From an uncultured Gemmatimonadaceae bacterium (GTDB lineage Bacteria; Gemmatimonadota; Gemmatimonadetes; Gemmatimonadales; Gemmatimonadaceae): a DNA stretch of 64,000 nt. Each line of letters begins with the position of its first letter. Within the stretch, counting starts at the first letter, position 1. This document shows, piece by piece, positions 63,247 through 64,000 of the stretch. Made by a program: the position numbers and the translations under genes. A model generated the notes under the pieces. It ran no database searches. It saw nothing but the letters and a program-made list of their open reading frames with translations, and was not told the origin of the DNA. The stretch spans positions 1 through 64,000 of the forward strand of contig CAWGJO010000037.1 in the NCBI GenBank assembly GCA_963822945.1. Reading direction: 5' to 3'.

Positions 63247-64000
63247 ATGAACGCTGACGAACTGCGACGGGTCCAGGCCGTGTTCGACGCCGCAATCGAA
63301 CTTCCGCCGGATCAACGCGCCGAATTCCTCGATCGCACCTGCGCGTCCGACGCGGCCACCCGCGCCGCCGTCGAGCGGCTGCTACGCGCCGATGACGCCG
63401 TCCACGGCGGCACCTTCATCAGCGCTGCGGTGGACGAGGCCGCGAAGGAATTCGCGTCCGCGCCGGTCGCCCCGGCGCAGACCGTGGGCGCCTACCGGTT
63501 GCTGCACGAATTGGGACGCGGGGGCATGGGCACGGTGTGGCTGGCCGAACGCGCGGACGAGGCATACCGGGCGCGCGTTGCCATCAAGTTCGTGCGCGGC
63601 GGATTCGCGCACCCCGAACTCGAGCGGCGATTCCTCGCCGAGCGGCAGATTCTGGCCGATGTGCTGGACCATCCGAACATCGCGCGCCTGCTGGACGGCG
63701 GCGACGCACCGGACGGTTCGCCGTATCTGGTCATGGAGTACGTGGACGGTGAGCCGATCACCGAGCTACGCGACGCGCCACGCGCTGTCGATCGGAGACC
63801 GGCTGCGGATCTTCCGCCTGGCGTGCGAGGCGGTCCAGCACGCGCACAACTCCCTGGTGGTGCACCGGGACATCAAGCCGTCCAACATCCTGGTACAGGC
63901 CGACGGCGTGCCGAAGCTGCTGGACTTCGGCATCGCCAGGCCGCTGGCCCCCGGCGTTGGGCAGGAGACGACGGCGGCGGTGCGCCTCATGACCCCGTCG
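63247..64000 (+). CDS. Hanks-type Ser/Thr protein kinase (frameshift near 63765; runs off the right edge)
   Basis: [41 protein letters not shown]. Confidence 0.9.
   Translation, partial: MNADELRRVQAVFDAAIELPPDQRAEFLDRTCASDAATRAAVERLLRADDAVHGGTFISAAVDEAAKEFASAPVAPAQTVGAYRLLHELGRGGMGTVWLAERADEAYRARVAIKFVRGGFAHPELERRFLAERQILADVLDHPNIARLLDGGDAPDGSPYLVMEYVDGEPITELRDAPRAVDRRPAADLPPGVRGGPARAQLPGGAPGHQAVQHPGTGRRRAEAAGLRHRQAAGPRRWAGDDGGGAPHDPV

Overview
GC-rich bacterial chromosome segment. Its gene content (ADOP-type permeases with PadR, ECF sigmas, Ser/Thr kinase, PDZ protein) suggests Gemmatimonadota or a relative; this is an inference. Many genes, including core ones, carry single-base frameshifts, which points to an unpolished assembly. 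The left ~36 kb is mostly housekeeping: ABC exporter, tungstate/molybdate-type ABC importer, a suf operon (sufB-sufC-sufD-sufU-Rieske-sufS), a split xanthine-dehydrogenase-family enzyme, a pan operon, ferredoxin, RNase D, ccdA/tlpA and a fused 2-oxoacid dehydrogenase E1. The right ~28 kb is accessory: six ADOP permeases, two PadR genes, a GGDEF protein, an HTH/nucleotidyltransferase pair, an amidohydrolase, an ECF/anti-sigma pair and a kinase. The main finding is that from about 49.7 to 63.2 kb the accessory modules are separated by at least five co-oriented, decayed copies of the 3' part of queG (epoxyqueuosine reductase). Most copies begin at the CxxCQEVCP-encoding codons, which have become a near-perfect or perfect palindrome. 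This looks like an integrase-free cassette array built by repeated insertion at queG. A second notable feature is a pair of structured ~260-290 bp elements with 16-bp tandem-repeat arms, each lying between convergent genes.
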